Of a stretch of DNA of 64,000 nt, positions 54,259 through 64,000 are shown piece after piece. Location of the stretch: assembly GCA_951406725.2 (NCBI GenBank), contig OX597817.1, positions 50,530,001 to 50,594,000 of the forward strand, given 5' to 3'. This stretch comes from Octopus vulgaris (taxonomy: Eukaryota). The notes under the pieces are model-generated. The model ran no database searches, was not told the origin of the DNA, and was given only the letters and a program-made list of their open reading frames with translations. Within the stretch, counting starts at the first letter, position 1, and each line of letters starts with the position of its first letter. Position numbers and translations under genes: made by a program.

Positions 54259-54759
54259 CAGAAATAGACAGGGCAGTGTGGAAAATGTGAAATGTCTTGA
54301 CGAAAGCATTCTAGAAGGAATGGTAGTTTCTTCATTCAAACAGAAACAATAAATAACTTCAGCAATGAATCTGTGAATGACGTATAGAAGGTTGACTAAC
54401 TTTATATGAAATATAAGTTGTATCGGGAAAAAACTGGTGTAAACATACACAAAAATCCAAGAAGAGGAACAATAACAAAAAGTACAAAAATATAAAAAAT
54501 CCCAGCACGGATTGAAGCGAGAAAATACAAGGAATATTTGCCCCGTAACCATTCCAGGTTTTTAACATCATGCGTAAATATTGTTACGCGTTAAAACAAC
54601 ACATAGTTTCAATGAACCAAATTCACTCACAAAATATTGGTCTGTTCAGAGTTATAGCAAAAGACACTTGGTCAAGTTACCACGCAGTAGGACTGAACCC
54701 GTAACCACATGGTTGTATAGTAAGCACCACACAACTACGACTTTGTATACCCTTTTACT

Positions 54760-55157
54760 ATTTTACTCTTTTCTTTGTTTCAGTCATTTGACTGCTGCCA
54801 TGCTGGAGCACCGCTTTTAGTCGAGCAAATAGACCCCGGGACTTATTCTTTGTAAGCCTAGTACTTATTCTATCGGTCTCTTTTGACGAACCGCTAAGTT
54901 ACGGGGACATAAACACACCAGCATCGGTTGTCAAGCCATGATAGGAGGACAAACGCAGACACACAAACAAACACGCACATACACATATATACATATATAC
55001 GACGGGCTTCTTTCAGTTTCCGTCTACCAAATCCACTGACAAGGCTTTGGTCGGCCCGAGGCTATAGTAGAAGGCACTTGCCCAAGATGCCACGCAGTGG
55101 GACTGAACCCGGAACCATGTGGTTGGTAGGCAAGCTAGCTACTTACCACACAGCCAC
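54760..55157 (-). mobile_element. SINE family A
   Basis: Reverse complement of the family A sequence; a degenerate second copy lies at 54620-54740. Confidence 0.88.
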
Positions 55158-56129
55158 TATAAAAATATATATATATATATATATATTGCAATATACCTTT
55201 ATAATATCAAAGCCATGCCATACCTCTGTACCGGATGTCAATATGCTGGTCCCTAGAGTTAATGGCATTCTGTTTTTCAACGGATCTCTGTTTTTATTAT
55301 TATTATTGATATTATTATTATTATTATTGTTGTTGTTGTTGTTGTTGTTGTTATTATTATTATTATACAGAAATAAAATTATAACACAAACAAATATCTG
55401 CTGCATCTAAAATTGCAAAAAATTTATGAATAATATATGCATTAATGACAGATTACTATGTTGTATATTCTTAATGCAAGTCAACAATAGACTAACTGTT
55501 TTAGCTCGTCACTTCCGTTGATCATCTTTCAAGAGGAAAACACACGGATAATTCATGTCATACGTACGTTGTTTATCACATACTAATGTAACACTTGAAG
55601 TGCTTCTGTCTTAGCACCTACATATAATTTATCACATGTTATCTACGCATTTATTCAATATAAATTTATTTTTCTCTTTGTCTCACTTCTAACTTCACTG
55701 ACATTTTTGCTTCCTTTTTTTTTTCCAGTCTGATGTTAAAAAGATTATCCCAAATGTCCGAAAATAAAAAAAAAAAAGGGGGAAAGATTTTAGTTGAATA
55801 GAATTCGTTTGATTGACAAACGAAGTAAATGTTTAGAGCAAGTCATACGATTAATTCACTTCCGTACACTATTTATAGGGTAATAGTGAGTTTGATGATG
55901 TAAGAATTAATATAAATTTTAAAAGGATTTTACGAAACCGGGGATTAAGTTTGCATTTAGTAGTTGTTGTACAAACAGGTTGCCATGAAACGCTACTAGG
56001 TAAGAGAGGAGAATAAATATCGCAGAGATATGAGGAATTCGGAAGCAATGGTGTATATCAAAAGAAAAAAATGCTTCATATACAATTAATAATGATAGTT
56101 TGTTGAAGATAACCAATTAATTATTACTA

Positions 56130-56254
<125 letters not shown>

Positions 56255-56271
56255 TGTTATGGCACCTCCCC

Positions 56272-56298
56272 ACCGGGGTTCGATTTCCCGCCGAGGAG
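56272..56298 (+). pseudogene. 3' fragment of tRNA-Asp
   Basis: accggggttcgatttcccgccgaggag vs eukaryotic tRNA-Asp(GTC) 3' end ACCGGGGTTCGATTCCCCGACGGGGAG (from memory). Confidence 0.6.
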
Positions 56299-56312
56299 GT
56301 GCCAATGTTTTA

Positions 56313-56436
56313 AAGCGGTGAGGTGGCAGAATCGTTAGCACGCTGGACGAAATGCTTAGCGTCATTTTGCCCGTCGCTACGTTCTGAGTTCAAATTCCGC
56401 CGAGGTCGACTTTGCCTTTCATCTTTTCGGGGCCGT
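56313..56436 (+). mobile_element. SINE family C, 5' part, fused to an R4/Dong-like fragment
   Basis: aagcggtgaggtggcagaatcgttagcacg...gaggtcgactttgcctttcatcttttcgggg. Confidence 0.8.
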
Positions 56437-56781
56437 AAAGAAAGAGAACCAAAAAAAAAATACAGGCCCCTAAAGTTTGAAATAGGAAAAATTTGGAGCA
56501 TGAGAACAGTAAATGCCGTGCGTATAATAACTGTTGCGCTGGGAATAGTAAGCAAAGTTATAGACAAATGGCTGAAAGCGATTGGAATAAAATGTCCGGG
56601 AAAGTTCCTACAGAAATTTTATCTCTTAAGGACTGCAAGGATTATCGGGAGGGTTCTAGGCACTTGAAAGACTGCTGAAAACTTGCGGATGCCTAAGGTA
56701 TCAGATGGTACACTGCTACTCACAAAAACCCGAGCAGGAATGAGACCGAACCTGAGTCAAACCAAAATAACAATAATAATA
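56437..56781 (+). mobile_element. R4/Dong-like LINE 3' end
   Basis: KYRPLKFEIGKIWSMRTV..V.II.VALGIVSK...KWL..IGI...LQK..LLRTARIIGRVL*, then 3' UTR ending aataacaataataat. Confidence 0.8.
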
Positions 56782-57299
56782 AGCTGCTTGTTCATTCACT
56801 CGTTATACTTTTGTTAGTTAGAGAGATGGAAATAGAGTGAGTGAAAAGTGGAGAGAATGAGAAGTGGTGTGATTGAGTGAGAGATGGAGTGACTGAGAGG
56901 TGGGATAAAATTAAGTGAGAGGTGAGGAGTGAGAGTAGAGAACAGAGGACGGCGTAGAGAAAGACATATAATATTAATACATTATAAGGTCTAATGAGTC
57001 ATGTGATTAGTTGAAAGGAGAGGGGAAAAGCAAGAGAACACGATAACGTGAGAAAGCTGGAAAGAGAAGCGTTAACGATGTGTTGTATTGTGGGGAGGGA
57101 TGGATAAATAGAAAGAGATATATTTATGGTACAATATTTAATAGTGGGTGCAAAAGTTTGAAAAGCAGTTGCCCTCGGCGTAATTTGAACTCAGAACGTA
57201 AAGATAGAAAAAATGCCGCTAATCCTTTTGCCCGGTGTGCTGTCGGATATGCCAGCTCGTTGCCTTGTACTAGCTTAATGATAAATATAAATTCTGAGG

Positions 57300-57525
57300 T
57301 GGAGGCGCGTGGCTTAGTGGTCAGGGTGTTGGACTCATGATCCTAAGATTGTGGTTTCGATTCCTGGACAGGATGATGCATTGTGTTCACGTTGATCTAG
57401 TCCTCTCAGCTAGTAGAAATGAGTAACCCTGCGACGGATCGGCGTCCCATCCAAGTGGAGGAATTTATACTCCACTGAACCCGGAAAATCGGCCCTTATG
57501 AGCCTGGCGTGGCTCGAGAATGAAA
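57300..57525 (+). mobile_element. SINE family B
   Basis: tggaggcgcgtggcttagtggtcagggtg...ggcccttatgagcctggcgtggctcgag. Confidence 0.75.
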
Positions 57526-57545
57526 CATTTCTTCTTTATAATTTT

Positions 57546-57742
57546 CTGGCAGAAACGTTAGCACGCCGGACGAAATGCAGTAATTCGTATGTCTTTACGT
57601 TCTTGGTTCAAATTCTGCCGAAGTCGACTTTGCCTTTCATCCTTTCGAGGTCGATAAATTAAGTACCAGTTACGTACTGGGTCGGTCTAATCGACTAGCC
57701 TCCTCCCCAAAACTTTCGGGCCTTGTGCCTAGAATAGAAAAG
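57546..57742 (+). mobile_element. SINE family C
   Basis: ctggcagaaacgttagcacgccggacgaaatgc...gtcgactttgcctttcatcctttcgaggtcgataaattaagtacc...ccttgtgcctagaatagaaaag. Confidence 0.82.
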
Positions 57743-57864
57743 GATAAATATAAATTATGAGGAATTAGATATCGAAATACAACAGAATAAAACTGAACTG
57801 GATAGCATAAATCATAAGCCTATTAATAGCTTCTCACATGAATCCTGATTGCTCACACAATATT

Positions 57865-58130
57865 ATCTTGTCTTGTCTTGAGACAGCATTCACTTGGGCT
57901 GGGTTGAGTTAGTTTCATTTATCCTCAATGCTGCATCTCTCACAAACGCCGACCAGGCCTGGCGATTTGAGGCTAACGACCGCGTGATTTCCTTATTCCA
58001 GTACGAACGCCGTAGACATGGGGGCCTAGGTTGGGTTCCAGATCAGCCTTGACTGTCATCAGCCAGGTTTTTCGCTGTCCACCACATCGCTTTCGCTAAC
58101 CCTGAAGGGAAGATGGGACAATTGCTTCGT
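57865..58130 (-). mobile_element. RTE-clade LINE 3' fragment
   Basis: GGQRKTWLMTVKADLEPNLGPHVYGVR...; short 3' UTR with (caaga)n tail. Confidence 0.7.
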
Positions 58131-59045
58131 ATATGAATTCTCCTGGTTGACAACACAATATTACAGATAATATAATGCATATTCTGTCAATATCCTAACA
58201 GTATTCATTGCATGAATAGATTTAACAAATAATCGCGTTAATATGGTGAGGATCACATAAAAAGATGCACCTGAATTTACGTAATTGTTTAAAGACTAAA
58301 CAGTAAGCATTATAATTACTGCGTGCACTCGTAGCCATTTCACGACTTCTGACAATAATAAGAAAGCATTTAATACGTGAGAAATATCTATAGTATATTT
58401 TAGCATTTGATATTCATTTCTATTGAAAACACAAACAAACAAAATAATGAATGGAGAAGACTGTTTGGATCGAAAAATATCTCGTAAGCAAAATTCGCTT
58501 TGCTTCTGAAATATTGAGTTGAATGATTGCTGAAAGAGAAGAAAAAGAAATATAAAGGGTTAGTAAGGAAAAAAAAAAACATTTATAGCTAAAAAAAATT
58601 GGTTGGAAGATAAATGTCTAAGTAAATCGAAGTGTTAGAAATAACGAAGAAGATAAATAGAGTCACTTATTCAGAAGGTTCTTAGAGATATATGTAAACC
58701 AATTTGCGTAACGACATGTGTACGTGTGAGTGTGTGCGTGTGTGAATCTACAACCGTGAAGTCGCTATTTATGAGTTTTATACGCACAGACACCTCCCCC
58801 CACACACACACACATACGCACGTACACAAACGTACACACATACAAACACGCTCAGGCATTCGCACACACAAGCAAGCACATACACATATACATGTATACA
58901 TACACACACACATGGGTGTGTGTATATATAAACAGAAACATTCATACATCTGTATTGTGTGTATATGACTATAAGAGAATCTATATTTTTTCCTTATTTC
59001 CTTGTTCGGATGTATCTACGTGATGGATTTAAATAATGGAGTATC

Positions 59046-59113
<68 letters not shown>

Positions 59114-59149
59114 TATATATATAGATATATATATATATGCATATATATA

Positions 59150-59195
<46 letters not shown>

Positions 59196-60706
59196 TATAT
59201 AATTTTAGTATTTTATTCTTATGATTAAATGCAAACAAACAAAAAGGCTTGCCCTTAACCGCTTTAAGAAACGTACGAGAAAAACTACAAACACCTGCAT
59301 ATATTCACACATACTTAGATGCATCCATCTACAAATACATACACGTATACATACATGTATACACACATATATGCGTGCGCAAATACCAATCTCCTTTCTA
59401 TGTATGCTGTATATTGAATACATTCATGTATACATATATATACATATACACATATGCACACATACGTGTGTAAGTTTGGATAAATATTGGCGATGTGTAA
59501 ATATATGCGAGAGAGTTGCTACATGTGAGTACGTCTGTGTGTTATTGTAAGAAGCAATGAAACACTATACATTAAAAGAGCCATCTGGAGAGCTACATGG
59601 GCGATTACAGTAACACGTCAATGAAAATATATGCGATGTTGATATGAAGATAATTAAAAATAAAAATACATTTCCTCCTATATTCGAGTATCTTCTGTTT
59701 ATTCAAATTCCTTAATTCCTATAATTACTTTGTTATTTATAATTTTATTTCAACGCCAAAACTATCAAATCCTTGGGTTTTGGATGATTTAGCAAGACAC
59801 TGCCCTATTCTTTTTTTGCTCGTTTACCATATTTGTCACTTTAACAAAATCATTTAAACGCCAACTGCTACCTCACAAAATAATCATAATATAGTTAGAT
59901 ATTAGGACGGTGGGTACAACCTCTGTAATAGAATAGAGTCTATAAAAGAGCCTGTCTGTTTCCCTTAACAAAGTTCTGCTCGATCAGGTCTTTCTGGGAA
60001 CGAAAAAGTAACAGGAAAAATTGTTACGCGTACAATTTGCTAAACCATCTCTTTCAAATATTGGTAATATGTCAGCGCATCTCTCAAACCTTTCTAGGTA
60101 ACTACCCTACATAAAATACTGTCTTTTCCAGCGATGTATTACAGGGTTTCTGAAGGATAAATACAAGATTTCTGAAGAATAAATACATTATGAAGTAGCA
60201 ACACATTCGATATCAACAAGCGTTATGAATGGCTGTGAGGGGGAAAATGCAAATTATCATGGGAAAAACATAAATATTTATACACAAAGGAGAAACGGTC
60301 ATGATGAATTGATGGAATGTAAAGTGTCTATATGGCAGAAAAGCGTCAGGAATGGGTGCAGATGAAGAGATATTTGTTTCGCTTGTACAGGTTTTGAATC
60401 TGTCATTAAGAGATACATCGAATGCGAGTGTACAAGATATTTGTCAAAAGACAATAGATGAAGCTAATTCATTCTCTGCTGTTTTAGGCCAAACTGAATG
60501 TATAAAAATGATCTTTCTTAGAAATAATTCTCTAACTTGCTTTTCTAGAACCTAGAGCCTATCGCAATATTATGGAATACACAAAGACGGAATATGTTAC
60601 ATATTTACACCATGCCGTTCAAAGACATTGATAGAGACTATAATAAACCGCTTGTTCTCAATTACAGGATAATGAAGTAAACTCTCTGGTCATTATAGAA
60701 AATATT

Positions 60707-61110
60707 TGGCTGTGTGGTAAGTAGCTTGCTTACCAACCACATGGTTCATGGTTCAGTCCTACTGCGTGGCACCTTGGGCAAGTGTCTTCTACTATAGCTT
60801 CGGGCCGACCAAGGCCTTGTGGGTGGATTTGGTAGACGAAAACTGAAAGGAGCTCGTCGTATATATGTATATGTATATATATATATATGTGTATGTGTGT
60901 TTGTGTGTCTGTGTCTGTGTCTGTGTCTGTGTCTGTGTTTGTCCTCCCAACGTCACTTGACAACCGATGCTGATGTGTTTACGTCAGCAAAAGAGACCGA
61001 TAGAATAAGTACTAGGCTTACAAAGAATAAGTCCTTGGGTGGATTTACTCGACTAAAGGTGGTGCTCCAGCATGGCCGCAGTCAAATGACTGAAACAAGT
61101 AAAAGAGTAA
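60707..61110 (+). mobile_element. SINE family A
   Basis: Family A head to tail ggtggtgctccagcatggccgcagtcaaatgactgaaacaagtaaaagag. Confidence 0.88.
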
Positions 61111-62259
61111 ATATTATTTTATAATAGTTATTTTAATAAAAGCAGCCATAAATATATATCTTTAAAAATGATCCGTAAATAAAGTGATAGTGTTTAACTA
61201 TTGAAGATTCCAAAAAGAAAAGTATTCTGAGTATAATAAGAAGCATTCTCATAAATTTATAAGTACCAAGACGAGACTCTTTCGCGTATTCAACATTACA
61301 AAGTATAAATACAAATTTCTAAACACAACTTAAGAGTAATAATTTCAATACATTATTCAAGAGACAAAAGACATTTTGGACATTTTCGGAAGCACTGCAG
61401 GGCTATAACTAAAAATATAGAAAAGAAATATTTGTTTGGTCCCCGATAGCAACAATCAATAGAGATTACACACAATGACACAGATCTGACAATCGAGAGA
61501 ATGTAAGCTAATGCCGCCGGTATTTAATAGTAATGTTATGAGAGAAAAAGTGAACTGAAATTGTGAATTTAAATGCAGAATAACTAATATAAATATTTCT
61601 ACTCTTCATTTTTATAATGATTATAAATTTAAGATCACAAATTAAGGAAAGAAGTGGAGACGATACAATCTTAAGTAGTTAGGTGCAAAGCAAAATAGCT
61701 TACGGCGCTGTACCACATCACTTTCTGCTATGATGTTTTACCTGGCCGGAACATTATCAATGTGAACACAATTTCACTAATATTTAGGATGCAACTTAAT
61801 TATTCCATCTGAGACTAAATAACTAATTCGTAAAAAGATACAATTCTATTGCCTCCTACTTTCGCAGCTTGAGAGTCTGTAAATATTGAAGGGGTCAGAG
61901 ATGATATTCGTGATGGAACGAGGTGAGATTTGGACAGGTTCCCCTAGTTGGCTATTTGATCCAACCATTTAATGCAACTAAAGGAATTCAGCATCTTAAA
62001 ATGAGGCGGAGAATAGAATCTTTGACAGTAGCAGAAAAAGTAACGACGGGAATCTTAATCAAAAGCCTAAGATTAACCTACACTTATTAGAGCCACACTA
62101 AATAATGTTTATTAACCACATTATAATGTAATGTGCTGCAGAAATTTAAAAGACCTCGCCAAACGACGAGGCCGCTGATTTAGAAAGATGTGAGGCATGT
62201 GCAAAATAAGACAGCGTACACGTAGTTATTCTTGTCGCTATAGATGAAGTACGGATCCT

Positions 62260-62900
62260 TTGTATTATTGTGGCGATAATGATGTGTGTTATTGTGTTCT
62301 GGTGTCGGCCTCTACTGAGGAAGTTGTAATTATTAATTTAAGGACTTGTGTGGTTTTCTTCCTGCTGTCTCTGCTACCAGGGGTGGCATGGATACTGCTG
62401 GTGTTCTTTTGGCAGTACTTGATACTATTGCTCTTGCTTTTCATGCTGATGTAGTTGTCGCTTTTGGTGGGAATTTTTTTGTTACTCTAGTTGTATAACT
62501 GGCAGTCGTGCGTACTTTCCTTCTCGCGGCGTCTTTTCTAGGCAAACCGCTTCCATGTGGTTACTGGTACCACATACGTATGACATGTGCCTTCCACCTT
62601 CCAGTATAACAAGCAGTTCGATGGCGACTGGAATGTATAATTTATTCACAATCTTTACAATTTTTCAGGACTTCCTCAATGGCAATTCAGACAATACATT
62701 TCGCTGCACACACAAGATGTTTAAATCTGTTGGTAAATACAACATTCGGTTTAGCATCATCACTTGGCACTGTATATTCTTTAAAATCCACTCTGTGGTA
62801 ATCATTCAGATCACATCCTTGGTTTGTGGATGCGTAACTTCCTCCATCCTCGTAGTAATGTGGCCCTCTAAATAGACATAGGTAGTGCGCTTCGACATGA
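62260..62900 (-). mobile_element. Possible decayed Tx1/L1-type ORF1 (zinc-knuckle) relic
   Basis: ELLVILEGGRHMSYVCGTSNHMEAVCLEK resembles a degenerate V..EGR...CxxCGxxxHxxxxC knuckle; low-complexity region follows. Confidence 0.35.
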
Positions 62901-63277
62901 TTAAAAGACAAAAATATCCCCGAAGATCATACTGATATACAAAGCTGTGAATTCATTTCATCTACCCTTTCATATTTGGCTGGCTTCTATATCATTATGG
63001 GTAGTTAAATTTTAGGTTTTATATTTTTGTAGTTATGTTAGGACAAAGGGGGAACCCTACATTTTGGACGTTCCCATACGTTACACGTTGCCTTCTTCCT
63101 GCCACACGTCATGAGTAGTGGCAGAAACATTAATCCGTTTGATGAAACAAATCAAAGGGCACATATAGATATCATTGTAATTTATATTTGTAGGGGTAAT
63201 CTTTCAACAGAATGAACTTATATATTTGTCTCTGTAAGTATGTATATATGCGCGCGCCCCCTTTTGTATACAATTGC

Positions 63278-63483
63278 TCTTTTACTTGTTTCAGTCATGT
63301 GACTGTGGCTATGCTGGAGCACCGCCTTTAGTCGAGCAAATCGACCCCAGGACTTATTCTTTGTAAGCCTAGTACTTATTCTGTCGGTCTCTTTTGCTGA
63401 ACCGCTAAGTTACGGGGACGTAAGCACACCAGCATCGGTCGCCAAGCGATGTTGCGGGGACAAACACAGGCACACAAACATAT

Positions 63484-63551
<68 letters not shown>

Positions 63552-63715
63552 GACGGGCTTCTTTCAGTTTCCGTCTACCAAATCCACTCACAAGGATTTG
63601 GTCGGCCCGAGGCTATAGTAGAAGACACTTGCCCTAGGTTCCACGCAGTGGGACTGAACCCGGAACCATGTGGTTGCCAAGCAAGCTATTTATCACACAG
63701 CCACTTCTACGCCTA
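63278..63715 (-). mobile_element. Full-length SINE family A
   Basis: Reverse complement of the family A sequence. Confidence 0.9.
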
Positions 63716-64000
63716 GAAAAATTTTTTAAAGGGAAGTACAACGAGCGACGATCCTAGGTTGACGGCTCGGCATATTCGTTCGAGAGTCACACAAAACACG
63801 TTGAGATATTTTTTTCCGATTCATTATGCGCTGGAGTCTAGTTAAATCGAGTTGAAATTTATTTTTCATCTTAGTTCCATAAGAAAGAGAAAATGCCTAT
63901 TTTGCCCTTCCGCTGGTTTAACTGACGAATCGTCTCCGTCATGAAAACGAAAGCCTTGTTCTTATGTGGAGAACAATTATTATAATTGATAGTCAAAAAT

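Noticed and set aside
60352-60555. 67-aa ORF with normal composition
   Set aside because: No homology or splice support visible.

Overview
AT-rich, microsatellite-saturated animal DNA. The SINE families, the (TA)n/(GATA)n density and a divergent 28S fragment point to an octopus or other cephalopod; this is an inference. I found no convincing host protein-coding exon, so the window is probably intergenic or intronic. Its content is mostly mobile elements: a near-complete Penelope-like retroelement (PLE; RT + GIY-YIG, two frameshifts, inverted 3'-end copy) at 34.9-37.4 kb; relics of CR1/Jockey-group, R4/Dong-like, RTE-like, Tx1-like, Gypsy, mariner, pogo/Tigger, piggyBac-like and Helitron-like elements; about 30 copies of three tRNA-derived SINE families; and 5S, 28S and tRNA-Asp retro-fragments. 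The most notable pattern is a set of type I hammerhead ribozymes (HHR): four complete motifs, one a U3-A8 variant, plus several decayed ones. They sit in the PLE and in distinct short non-coding PLE-type modules next to (TA)n tracts. A recurrent 'inverted 3' end + insert' architecture appears in these modules and also around a 28S rRNA piece and a pre-tRNA piece. All calls come from reading the sequence; family names are from memory, not from database searches.
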